Source of the DNA: Vulcanimicrobiota bacterium
GTDB taxonomy: Bacteria > Vulcanimicrobiota > Vulcanimicrobiia > Vulcanimicrobiales > Vulcanimicrobiaceae
Assembly: GCA_963714015.1 (NCBI GenBank)
Contig: OY970223.1
Coordinates: 1,536,001-1,600,000 of the forward strand
Reading direction: 5' to 3'
DNA length: 64,000 bases
Shown: positions 1-8,242 of the stretch, piece after piece
How the letters are laid out: the number at the start of each line of letters is the position of its first letter
Position numbering within the stretch: the first letter of the stretch is position 1
Position numbers and translations under genes: made by a program
The notes under the pieces: generated by a model
The model's input: the letters and a program-made list of their open reading frames with translations, nothing else
The model's database searches: none
What the model was told of the DNA's origin: nothing

Positions 1-568
1 CCGGGACAAACGCATGGCCGACAACTCGTGGGGTCTGTCGGTCGAAATCCAGCGGGCCATCGAGCGTTACGGTCTGATCAACACGCCGGGCTTCGGCCGA
101 ATTTACGCGTACGAGATCGACGGCTACGGCCACGCGAACCTGATGGACGACGCGAACATTCCTTCACTGCTCTCGATTCCGTATTTCGGTTACGTCGGCG
201 GGAACGACGTCGTGTATCAGGCGACGCGGCGCTTCGTGCTCTCGCCCGGCAATCCGTATTACTTTACCGGAAAGTATGCGGCCGGCGTCGGGAGTCCGCA
301 TACGCCGCACGGCTACGTTTGGCCGCTGGCGCTCGTGATGCAGGCGCTGACCTCGTCCGATTCGCAAGAGATTGCGCGGGTTATGAAATACCTCGCCGCC
401 TCGGACACCGGAGATCACCGTCTGCACGAGTCGTTCAATTGCGATTGGCCCGAGTCGTACACGCGCGACGATTTTGCGTGGCCCAACGCCCTATTCGCGC
501 AAATGATGCTGGGCCGGCAAAACCGGCTGCCGCCCATTCTGGAGTCGATGGCGCGCTACGCGCCCTAA
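1..568 (+). CDS. Glycoside hydrolase family 125 (exo-alpha-1,6-mannosidase-like), 5' end outside window
   Basis: Motifs YAYEIDGYG, MDDANIPSLLSIPY, GSPHT, WPLA, HESF and FAWPNALF are typical of the GH125 C-terminal half. Confidence 0.9.
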   Translation, partial: RDKRMADNSWGLSVEIQRAIERYGLINTPGFGRIYAYEIDGYGHANLMDDANIPSLLSIPYFGYVGGNDVVYQATRRFVLSPGNPYYFTGKYAAGVGSPHTPHGYVWPLALVMQALTSSDSQEIARVMKYLAASDTGDHRLHESFNCDWPESYTRDDFAWPNALFAQMMLGRQNRLPPILESMARYAP

Positions 569-611
569 AAATCTCTCGAGAATTCCGGGACGCAGCTCCT
601 TTAGCAGATTG

Positions 612-1286
612 CTAAGGCTGCACCATTTGGCGCTCTTGCGAGAGCGTGTCCAAGTAGGCAACGGTAAAGAGCACCGCGAGCGGCACGGCCAACGCGCTCG
701 AGAATGCCATGTCCGTCCAAACCGGGTCGTGCACCGCGCGCGACGCACCGGCGTGCACGTAGTACTCCGCCATCATGACCACCAGCTCGAGCGCGAAGAG
801 CGAGAAAATGCGCGACATGTTGACCCACGCCAGCATCATGCTGCGTAGAATCGCGAACGGCACCATCGTCAATAGTGCGCCGGCGTCGTCCAGACACACG
901 TACGGCTCGGCATAGATGAGCATAGCGCCTAAGAAGAGCACGATCGCACCGAACAAGAAGTCGCTGAAGTCGCCGGCCTGCATCGTGGCAAATCCTACAG
1001 TGCTCACGAACGACAGGGCGACGTCGATGACGATGACGGCCCACGCGCGTTCCAGGATTCGAGTCCAGCGTTCCGAAGGCGAGGGAAGTGTCTCGCGCGC
1101 GTCGCAGCCGGCATAGGTCGTTACTACCACGATGATGAGCGGCTGTCCGATCAGCTCGGCGTAGAAGTCAGAGAAGCGTACGTGCACGAAAGCGTAAAAG
1201 GCCGCTTCCAAGCCGAACACGGCGGCGCACGTCACCGTGTACAACAGCCAGCGGCGCGCAAACAAGCGTGCAGATACTACGCCCAA
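612..1286 (-). CDS. Hypothetical multi-pass membrane protein
   Basis: 224-aa ORF with about 6 hydrophobic segments. Confidence 0.7.
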   Translation of the reverse strand: MGVVSARLFARRWLLYTVTCAAVFGLEAAFYAFVHVRFSDFYAELIGQPLIIVVVTTYAGCDARETLPSPSERWTRILERAWAVIVIDVALSFVSTVGFATMQAGDFSDFLFGAIVLFLGAMLIYAEPYVCLDDAGALLTMVPFAILRSMMLAWVNMSRIFSLFALELVVMMAEYYVHAGASRAVHDPVWTDMAFSSALAVPLAVLFTVAYLDTLSQERQMVQP

Positions 1287-1320
1287 AGGCCGAAACGGGG
1301 GGAATCCGTCGCGATCGCGG

Positions 1321-1644
1321 CTAGGCCAGTTCAGAGTGGCGCACCACGGACCGGCGCACGGGAATGAAGAACCGCACGTCGGCTACGTCGCCGCAGACCA
1401 CCACGTCATCCTCGTCGTCGAACGAGCGCCCGTCGATGTGTACCGTGAAGCGTCCCGAGGCCAGGCCTGCAAGCGTGCTTCGAACGCTGCGGGCGAACTT
1501 GTCCTGCGGCGCGCGCGAGCCGATTACCTCGCGAACGGCCAGTGAAATAAGATCGCGCACGCGCACGGGCGTCGCGAGCGCAAACGCCCCCGAGCCGTTT
1601 ACGGCTACGGCGTGAATATCGAGGGGCACGCGGACGCGAATCAC
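1321..1644 (-). CDS. Hypothetical protein, possible beta-grasp (MoaD/ThiS-like) fold
   Basis: 107-aa ORF; strand-strand-helix pattern and FTVHIDGR...DVRFF tail; no C-terminal GG. Confidence 0.55.
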   Translation of the reverse strand: MIRVRVPLDIHAVAVNGSGAFALATPVRVRDLISLAVREVIGSRAPQDKFARSVRSTLAGLASGRFTVHIDGRSFDDEDDVVVCGDVADVRFFIPVRRSVVRHSELA

Positions 1645-1704
1645 GATGTAAGGTTTAGCCCACCTTCGAGGACCCGCCTGCCGTCAGGGAGTAACGATTC
1701 GGCG

Positions 1705-2106
1705 ATGTCGGTATTTGGCGACTATGCCTCCTCCGAAGTCGTCGACGCGGCGGAGAAATACATCAGCAAAATGGACGAGAACGATCTCGCGTCCGCAATC
1801 GAACAAAGTGAGCGCGCGATGACTCCGCAGGGCCGCGCTCTTTTGGTTGAATCGATCTTCCACGCGTTTCGCGCGCGAGGCGAATCGTCCGAGGATGCCG
1901 CCGAAGGCGCCGGCACCGCGCTCGATGCAATATCGCGCGGCGAACCCGCAGCGATCGCCGCACTGATTGCATACTGCCGCACGAACGCGGGGCTTCTCAA
2001 AGAGGCGGCAACTGCGCTCGTCGAGCGAGAGCCGCAACTCATCGCGCAACTCTCGCCGGCGCTTGCCGACGGTATCGCCGAGCGCCTGCGCAACTCAAAT
2101 AAATGA
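1705..2106 (+). CDS. Hypothetical helical protein
   Basis: ORF from ATG 1705 (MSVFGDY); stop overlaps next start (ATGA). Confidence 0.7.
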   Translation: MSVFGDYASSEVVDAAEKYISKMDENDLASAIEQSERAMTPQGRALLVESIFHAFRARGESSEDAAEGAGTALDAISRGEPAAIAALIAYCRTNAGLLKEAATALVEREPQLIAQLSPALADGIAERLRNSNK

Positions 2107-2897
2107 ACGACGATCGCCGGCGACGGCGCGCGAATCCGGAACTGGGCATACGGCGCACCAAAAAGGGGCCGCCCAATCCGTACGTTCCCTGGTTGATAAC
2201 GGTTGCTGCAGCCATTGCGGTCGTTGCCGGAGGATGGTTCCTCGGACAAGCGCTCGCGCACGCTTTCGGAGGGCGCGCAACGACCCAGACTGCGCAGACC
2301 CAGGCCTCGAGTGCGCCGATCGTCACGCCGCTCCCGTCACCGTCGGCGACCGAGCTGAGCGAGACGCCGGAGCCCTCGCCGCAACCAACGTTCACCCAGG
2401 CGCCGGCGACTGAACCCTCGCGAGCAGCAACGCCGGCCCCGCCACCTACCGTACCGCCCACGCCCGCACCGGCGCCTACCCAAGCACCTGCTTCACCGGC
2501 GCCTGCGACGCCCGCGCCGCAGGCCGCAGCAACGTCGACGAGGACCGCGCATCCAGCCACGGCAGAGCCCGCAGCGACGGCCGCCGCCGTTACGCCCGCT
2601 CCGGTCGCAGCCGTTCAAAACTCGGGAGCCGAACATACGGTACTCGCGTATATCGATGCGCTCAGGCGCGGCGATCCGCAAAGTGCTGCAGCGCTACTTG
2701 GTAACGGCGTGCCCGACGAGAGTTTTATCGACGCGCAGACCCGCGTGTTAAATATTACTTCGACGTCGAATGCGGACGGCAGCGCGAAAGTCGACGTTCG
2801 GCTGCAGACCGGTCAAGGAACGTATCTGGAGTCTTTTCAAGTCGCGCCGAGCGCGGACGGAAGCCGTATCCTCGACAAGAGCGCGACAAAACAGTAG
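2103..2897 (+). CDS. Membrane-anchored protein with Pro/Ala/Thr-rich linker and small C-terminal domain
   Basis: Basic N-terminus, one TM helix (WLITVAAAIAVVAGGWFLG), long PAPT-rich linker, globular C-terminus. Confidence 0.75.
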   Translation: MNDDRRRRRANPELGIRRTKKGPPNPYVPWLITVAAAIAVVAGGWFLGQALAHAFGGRATTQTAQTQASSAPIVTPLPSPSATELSETPEPSPQPTFTQAPATEPSRAATPAPPPTVPPTPAPAPTQAPASPAPATPAPQAAATSTRTAHPATAEPAATAAAVTPAPVAAVQNSGAEHTVLAYIDALRRGDPQSAAALLGNGVPDESFIDAQTRVLNITSTSNADGSAKVDVRLQTGQGTYLESFQVAPSADGSRILDKSATKQ

Positions 2898-2925
2898 CGC
2901 GGTGTCGTGTTGAGCGCTCGAGGAG

Positions 2926-3222
2926 CTAGCGATGGAAGGCTGCGCGAATCCTGACGCGCAGCTCTTCGCCGACGAGAAATTCGGCGGCCAGAGCACCGAG
3001 AAACGTGCAGATCGCAACCCAGGAGAACGCGCTTACGGCAAAGATCGGCAAGGACGCGTAGAGTAGTCCAAGCGCGCAAAATCCGAGGACGCAGCCGCCG
3101 ATGAAGCGTAAGGCGCCGATCGGCGTGCGCAACACCTGCGCGAATTGAAACGTCGCGATGTCCCAAACTTGCAAGGCGGCGAACCACATCGCGATCACCG
3201 CCAGCAGCTTGACGAAGATCAT
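2926..3222 (-). CDS. Small hypothetical membrane protein, last gene of suf operon
   Basis: MIFVKLLAVI start overlaps sufU stop (ATGA); three hydrophobic segments. Confidence 0.65.
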   Translation of the reverse strand: MIFVKLLAVIAMWFAALQVWDIATFQFAQVLRTPIGALRFIGGCVLGFCALGLLYASLPIFAVSAFSWVAICTFLGALAAEFLVGEELRVRIRAAFHR

Positions 3223-3611
3223 CCTTCGTCGGGCCAGGCCGCCAGTTCGCCTACCGCGGCACTCTTGAGCACTTTTAAGCCCAGCATTGCGCACTTCATC
3301 CGTGTCGGGCTGATGCCGATACCGACGTTCTCCAGAACGGCTTCCTTCGGCAGACGCGCAATCTCTTCGAGCGTCTTGCCCTTCACCGCTTCGGTCAGCA
3401 TCGAAACCGACGCCTGGCTAATGGCGCAGCCTTTTCCGGAGAAACGCACGTCGCTCACGCGGCGCTGCCCATCGATGTTGAGTTCGACGCGGATTTGATC
3501 GCCGCACAGCGGATTCAGATCCTCTGCAACCGCGTCCGGAGCAGTGAAGTGACCGTAATTTCGCGGATTGCGATAATGATCGAGGATAAAATCTCTGTAG
3601 AAATCGTCCAT
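3219..3611 (-). CDS. sufU: SUF system NifU-family Fe-S scaffold / sulfur acceptor
   Basis: ILDHYRNPRNYG, PLCGD, GCAISQAS, RMKC motifs; downstream of sufS. Confidence 0.92.
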   Translation of the reverse strand: MDDFYRDFILDHYRNPRNYGHFTAPDAVAEDLNPLCGDQIRVELNIDGQRRVSDVRFSGKGCAISQASVSMLTEAVKGKTLEEIARLPKEAVLENVGIGISPTRMKCAMLGLKVLKSAAVGELAAWPDEG

Positions 3612-3643
3612 TTTAAAAGGCGCTTCGCCCTAGGCTCCGCGCC

Positions 3644-3663
3644 CCCCACGCTGAAGCGTGGGG
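3644..3663. repeat. GC-rich hairpin CCCCACGC-TGAA-GCGTGGGG
   Basis: Perfect 8-bp stem read directly from the sequence in the sufS-sufU spacer. Confidence 0.7.
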
Positions 3664-3717
3664 CCCCCATTTCCTCATGGCGCGTGAAGCATTCTGCCTA
3701 TTCATGGCCTCCCCGAG

Positions 3718-3774
3718 GGCGCCGGGGAGATTGTACGTGGCGCCGGAGAGATTGTACGTGGCGCCGGGGGGATT
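3718..3774. repeat. 21-bp tandem repeat, about 2.7 copies (GGCGCCGGrGAGATTGTACGT)
   Basis: Units at 3718-3738, 3739-3759 and partial 3760-3774; last unit overlaps the sufS stop. Confidence 0.9.
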
Positions 3775-5017
3775 AGATCTTGAAGACACGAGCTGCCTTT
3801 TCGAGGCCGGCAATGAGGGCGTCTACGTCGCGCTCGGTGTTGTAGATGTAAAACGAGGCGCGCGTAGTCGCGGGCCAGCCCATCTTTTCCATTAGCGGCA
3901 TCGTGCAATGATGCCCGGCGCGGACGCAGATGCCTTCCAGATCCAAGAGCGAGGCCAAGTCGTGCGGATGAATATCGGCAAAGTTGAACGAGATTACGTC
4001 TGCCGTCACGTCGGGATCGCGCGGCCCGTAAATGTTTAAACCGCGCGGCTCCAACGCGCTCAAGCGATCGAACGCGTAGCGCATGAGGGCGCGCTCGTGT
4101 TCGCGGACCCACTCCATCCCGATTCCGTTCAAGTAGTCGATTGCGGTGCCGAATGCAATGGCGTCTGCGATGTTGCTGGTGCCTGCTTCGAACTTCCAGG
4201 GGAGTTCGTTGAACGACGTGGTGGTGTACGCGACCTTTCGAATCATGTCGCCGCCGGTGAGAAACGGCGGCATCTCTTCCAGCAGCGTGCGCTTTCCGTA
4301 CAGGACTCCGATGCCGGTAGGACCGCACATCTTGTGCGCGCTGACGGCATAGAAGTCCGCATCCAGCGCTTGAACGTCGACGGGCATGTTCGGCGCCGCT
4401 TGCGCTCCGTCAACCAGCACGATCGCTCCGGCGGCGTGCGCTCGGGGAATTATCGACTCGAGAGGAGCGATGGTGCCGAGCGTATTGCTCACGTGCGAGA
4501 GCGCGAGGAGCCGGCAACCGTCGAGCAACTCGTCCAGGTCGTCCAAAACGTGCATGCCGCGTTCATCCACGGGGATGAAGCGCAATTCCGCTCCCGTCTT
4601 CTGCGCGAGGAGCTGCCAGGGCACCAAGTTGGAATGATGCTCCAGCTGCGTCGTCAAGATAGCGTCGCCCGAACGCAGATTCTGCAGCCCCCACGAATAC
4701 GAAACGAGGTTGATCGCTTCGGTCGTGTTGCGCGTCCACACGATCTCTTGCGGCTGCGCGTTCAAAAACCCGGCCGCCTTGCTGCGCGCCGTTTCAAAGG
4801 CATCGGTTGCGCGCGCCGCAATCTCGTACACGCCGCGATGGATGTTGGCATTGTAATGGGAGTAATAATCGACGAGCGTGTCGATCACGCACTGCGGCTT
4901 TTGCGAGGTCGCCGCAGAATCCAAATAGACCAGGCGTTTTCCACGCGACGTTCGATCGCGCAAAATCGGAAAATCTGCCATGATGCGCTCGACCATCGGA
5001 TCGGCCGTTCCAATCAT
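3773..5017 (-). CDS. sufS: Cysteine desulfurase, SufS family
   Basis: YLDSAATSQKP, SAHKMCGPTG (PLP lysine), RAGHHCT catalytic motif; start overlaps sufD stop. Confidence 0.97.
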   Translation of the reverse strand: MIGTADPMVERIMADFPILRDRTSRGKRLVYLDSAATSQKPQCVIDTLVDYYSHYNANIHRGVYEIAARATDAFETARSKAAGFLNAQPQEIVWTRNTTEAINLVSYSWGLQNLRSGDAILTTQLEHHSNLVPWQLLAQKTGAELRFIPVDERGMHVLDDLDELLDGCRLLALSHVSNTLGTIAPLESIIPRAHAAGAIVLVDGAQAAPNMPVDVQALDADFYAVSAHKMCGPTGIGVLYGKRTLLEEMPPFLTGGDMIRKVAYTTTSFNELPWKFEAGTSNIADAIAFGTAIDYLNGIGMEWVREHERALMRYAFDRLSALEPRGLNIYGPRDPDVTADVISFNFADIHPHDLASLLDLEGICVRAGHHCTMPLMEKMGWPATTRASFYIYNTERDVDALIAGLEKAARVFKI

Positions 5018-6207
5018 GCGCTCACCTTTTCTTGCAGCGCGCTTCGTAACGCTTCGCGCAGCGTCTTGCCGGGGAAACGCTCGATGACCGGCTCGAAGAA
5101 CCCGAGCGCGATCATCTTCTCGGCGTTCTCGCGTTCGATGCCGCGGCTCGTCATGTAAAAGATCTGGTCTTCGTCTAAGGCGCCGACCGTGGCTCCGTGA
5201 AATGCCTTCACGTCGTTTGCCGCAATCTCCAAAGCCGGGACGGAGTCGATGTGCGAGCGCTTGGAAAGCAGCAGCGCGTCGTCCCGCAGTGACGATTCGG
5301 TGGCTTGCGCGTGCGCTGCGATGCGAATGTTTCCCAGAAAACGCGCTTGTCCGCGTCCGGTTGCGGCCGATTTGACGAGCGTTTGCGATTGCGAGGCGCC
5401 GACGTTGTGCTCGACCGTGGAAATCATGTCCACGTGCTGTTCCTCGCGCGGAAAGAACAGCGCATTGATCTGCGCTTCGACCCCGGGCTGCTCGACGATT
5501 GCATCCATGGACGAAACGCTGAGCGCGGCGCCGAGTTCTGCGAGGGAACAAGTCAAGCTCGAGTCTTTGCCGGGTTTAGCCGCACGGGTCAAGAGTGCGG
5601 TGCCGCTTTCCGGAAGCTCCTGCAGCGATGCAAAAGTTACCGTCGCGTTCTCCCCGGTCACTATCTCGGCGATCCCGGCGACGAAAGCCCCCTGTACTCC
5701 GCGAATGCGTTCGACCACCGTGCAGCGCGCGCCGCGTTCCAGAACGATCAGCGTATAGGGAAACAGCCCGCCTTGGGCGTCGTAGGTGATCTGAACGGTT
5801 TCGACGGCGCAATCGGCCGGAACGTACACGAACGCGCCGGTGTTGCAAAGCGCTGCCGCGAGCGCCGCAAACTTCGATTGCGAAGGGTCGACGGCACTGC
5901 CGAAGGCTCGTCCGAAAAGCTCGGCGTGATTGCCAGCCGCGGTGCGTAAGTCGCAGGCGATGACGCCGCGCGCCTCCGTTGTTTCAATCCCGGGCGCCGT
6001 TTGGGGATCGACACTCAGTCCGGCGTAATCAAGCGCGTCCAGGTCGATCTTCCAATAGCGGTTGGGCTTTTCGCGGCCGCTGCGCAGTTCGAACGCGCGT
6101 GCCAGGAGTGCTCGCCGCCGGCCGGGAGACAAGACGCTTGCGTCCAGCTTTGCGACGGCGTCCTCGAGCTGTCGCGGAATCTGCGGGGCGATCGTCGCGC
6201 TAGACAA
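5014..6207 (-). CDS. sufD: Fe-S cluster assembly protein SufD
   Basis: DSVPALEIAANDVKAFHGATVG...FYMTSRGI C-terminal motif; probable TTG start 6207 overlapping sufC end. Confidence 0.88.
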   Translation of the reverse strand: MSSATIAPQIPRQLEDAVAKLDASVLSPGRRRALLARAFELRSGREKPNRYWKIDLDALDYAGLSVDPQTAPGIETTEARGVIACDLRTAAGNHAELFGRAFGSAVDPSQSKFAALAAALCNTGAFVYVPADCAVETVQITYDAQGGLFPYTLIVLERGARCTVVERIRGVQGAFVAGIAEIVTGENATVTFASLQELPESGTALLTRAAKPGKDSSLTCSLAELGAALSVSSMDAIVEQPGVEAQINALFFPREEQHVDMISTVEHNVGASQSQTLVKSAATGRGQARFLGNIRIAAHAQATESSLRDDALLLSKRSHIDSVPALEIAANDVKAFHGATVGALDEDQIFYMTSRGIERENAEKMIALGFFEPVIERFPGKTLREALRSALQEKVSA

Positions 6208-6970
6208 GCTGGCCGGTCTCCTCCCGAAGTTTATCGTAGCCTTCACGTTCGATCCGGTGAGCGAGATCCGCGCCGCCCTGCTTGACGATGCGGCCGTCGA
6301 TCATCACGTGAACGACGTCGGGCTCGATGTGCTGCAGAATTCGCGGGTAGTGCGTAATGATCAGAAAGCCGCTATCCTTGCCTTCCTCACTCTTGCAGAG
6401 CGCATTGACCGACTCGCCGACGGCGCGCAGCGCGTCTACGTCTAAGCCTGAGTCGGTTTCGTCCAGAATGGCGTACTTTGGCGCGAGTACCGCAAGCTGC
6501 AGCATTTCGAGCCGCTTCTTTTCACCGCCCGAGAAACCGTCGTTCAGATAGCGCCCCAGAAAACTGGGATCCATGTCCAGCGTCTCGAGCTTCTCCATCA
6601 ACATCGCGCGGAATTTTCCCGGCGTCAGGTCGCCGGGACGAACCGCTTGGCGCGCTGCATAGAGAAAGTTTGCGACTTTCACGCCCGGAATTGCAGCGGG
6701 ATACTGAAAGGAGAGAAACAGCCCCGCGCGCGCACGCTTGTCCGGCGGCAGCGCAAGCAAGTCCTGGCCGTCCATGTCGACGGTGCCGGAGACGATCTTA
6801 TAGTTCGGATGTCCGGTGAGCGAGAAGGCGAGCGTCGACTTGCCGCTGCCGTTTGGTCCCATCAGCGCATGAATTTTCCCGCGTTCTACGCTAAGATCGA
6901 TCCCTCGCAGGATGTGATTTCCGGCGACGTTGACGTTCAAATTATGGATTCGGAGGCCCGGATCGGACAC
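6200..6970 (-). CDS. sufC: Fe-S cluster assembly ATPase SufC
   Basis: GPNGSGKST, FQYP, GFSGGEKKR, LDETDSGLDVDAL, ITHY. Confidence 0.97.
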   Translation of the reverse strand: MSDPGLRIHNLNVNVAGNHILRGIDLSVERGKIHALMGPNGSGKSTLAFSLTGHPNYKIVSGTVDMDGQDLLALPPDKRARAGLFLSFQYPAAIPGVKVANFLYAARQAVRPGDLTPGKFRAMLMEKLETLDMDPSFLGRYLNDGFSGGEKKRLEMLQLAVLAPKYAILDETDSGLDVDALRAVGESVNALCKSEEGKDSGFLIITHYPRILQHIEPDVVHVMIDGRIVKQGGADLAHRIEREGYDKLREETGQLV

Positions 6971-6996
6971 GGTGATTCTCTGCTCCTCGCTGATTT

Positions 6997-7076
6997 GGAC
7001 CCGGACGGGTCCGGTTGTAATGCTAGCGCGAGGGCCGTGAGAAAGTCAAGGAAATCCTGGACTATCTTTGGATTTC
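6997..7076. promoter_or_regulatory. Two palindromes in the divergent sufC/sufR promoter; candidate SufR operator(s)
   Basis: GGACCCG-GA-CGGGTCC (6997-7012) and GAAATCC-N12-GGATTTC (7051-7076). Confidence 0.4.
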
Positions 7077-7099
7077 ATGCTACATTCTGGAGCAGCAAT

Positions 7100-7729
7100 A
7101 TGCAGGCCGACCGTTTCTTTCAGACCACCCGGGGACGCATCGTCGAAGAGCTTCGCCGCCAAAAATCCGCTTCGGCGGTAGACTTGGCGGGGCGCTTCGG
7201 TCTTTCTCCCAATGCTATTCGCCAGCAACTCGTAGTGCTCGAGCGGGACGGGCTGATCGTCGAGAAGTCGGTACGCCGGGGAAAGACCAAGCCCACGTAC
7301 GAGTTCTCGTTGACGCGGGCTGCCGAGAAGCTTTTTCCGCAGCAGTATGACAAGATGCTCGGCGCCGTGCTTCGCGAGGTCAAATCGCAGTTCGGCCAAG
7401 AGGGCGTCAGCAAAGTTTTCGAAGGCATTGCCAAGCGCAGCGTCGCCAAAGCGAAGGAACGCGTGACGGCCGCCGGCGTCCAAGATCGTCTAGCCCAATT
7501 GACCGGCGTGCTCCGCGACGGTGGGGTCGTCGCCGAGTACGACCTTATCGAGGGCGGCTACCTGCTGCGCGAGCACAACTGTCCGTACTCCGAAGTCGTC
7601 AAAGATTATCCCGAGGTCTGTTCCGTCATTCATCACGTCCTCGACGAAACGATCGGTGGAACGCATAAACAAACCGAGTCCCTTGCAACCGGCGGAACGG
7701 AATGCCGGTTCGAAGTGAAAGCCAATTAG
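7100..7729 (+). CDS. sufR: SufR-like HTH transcriptional regulator
   Basis: N-terminal wHTH (LSPNAIRQQLVVLERDG), C-terminal HNCP...VC...C cysteines; divergent from sufC. Confidence 0.85.
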   Translation: MQADRFFQTTRGRIVEELRRQKSASAVDLAGRFGLSPNAIRQQLVVLERDGLIVEKSVRRGKTKPTYEFSLTRAAEKLFPQQYDKMLGAVLREVKSQFGQEGVSKVFEGIAKRSVAKAKERVTAAGVQDRLAQLTGVLRDGGVVAEYDLIEGGYLLREHNCPYSEVVKDYPEVCSVIHHVLDETIGGTHKQTESLATGGTECRFEVKAN

Positions 7730-7738
7730 GAGAACGTT

Positions 7739-8233
7739 TTGGATTTTCCGAAGTTTCAGCGACTGGTCGAAGAGCGTGCGGGTTTCCGCACTATGGAGAA
7801 CGCAACCGCGAGCGGCGAGTACTTCAGCGACTCGTGCGGCGATATGTACAACTTCTTTTTGAAAGTCGGACCGGGCGCGATTATCGAGGACATCTCCTAT
7901 TTCACGACCGGCTGCGGTTTCGGAACGGCGACGTGCAGCCTAGTCGTCGATGCCGCCAAGGGCAAGACGATCGAAGAAGCCGCGGCGATCACGACCGGCG
8001 ACATCGAGGGCGCGCTCGGCGGTTATCCGGAGAAGAAGAAAGATTACCCGCAGCGGGCGCTCGAAGCGCTGCACGTCGCCATCGACGACTACCGCACGAA
8101 GGTTGCGGGCGGCGCAATTCCCGATTTCGGCTCCATGCCGGCTCCCGAGCGCCAAGAGCAGGCGGCACCGGCCCAAGAAGCGGCCCCTTCAGCACCGGCT
8201 GACGACGAAAAGATTCTGATCAAACTGCGCTGA
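7739..8233 (+). CDS. Second NifU/IscU-like scaffold protein, atypical
   Basis: DSCGD and TTGCGFGTATCS...AKGKTIEEA motifs; TTG start after AGGAG. Confidence 0.8.
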   Translation: MDFPKFQRLVEERAGFRTMENATASGEYFSDSCGDMYNFFLKVGPGAIIEDISYFTTGCGFGTATCSLVVDAAKGKTIEEAAAITTGDIEGALGGYPEKKKDYPQRALEALHVAIDDYRTKVAGGAIPDFGSMPAPERQEQAAPAQEAAPSAPADDEKILIKLR

Positions 8234-8242
8234 CGCGCTGCC

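Noticed and set aside
3718..3774. 21-bp repeats as a mini CRISPR array
   Set aside because: Units are directly adjacent with no spacers, and no cas genes are present
3773..5551. 592-aa N-terminally extended SufS in the ORF track
   Set aside because: The extension is an off-frame read of sufD; a start at 5017 overlaps the sufD stop as expected
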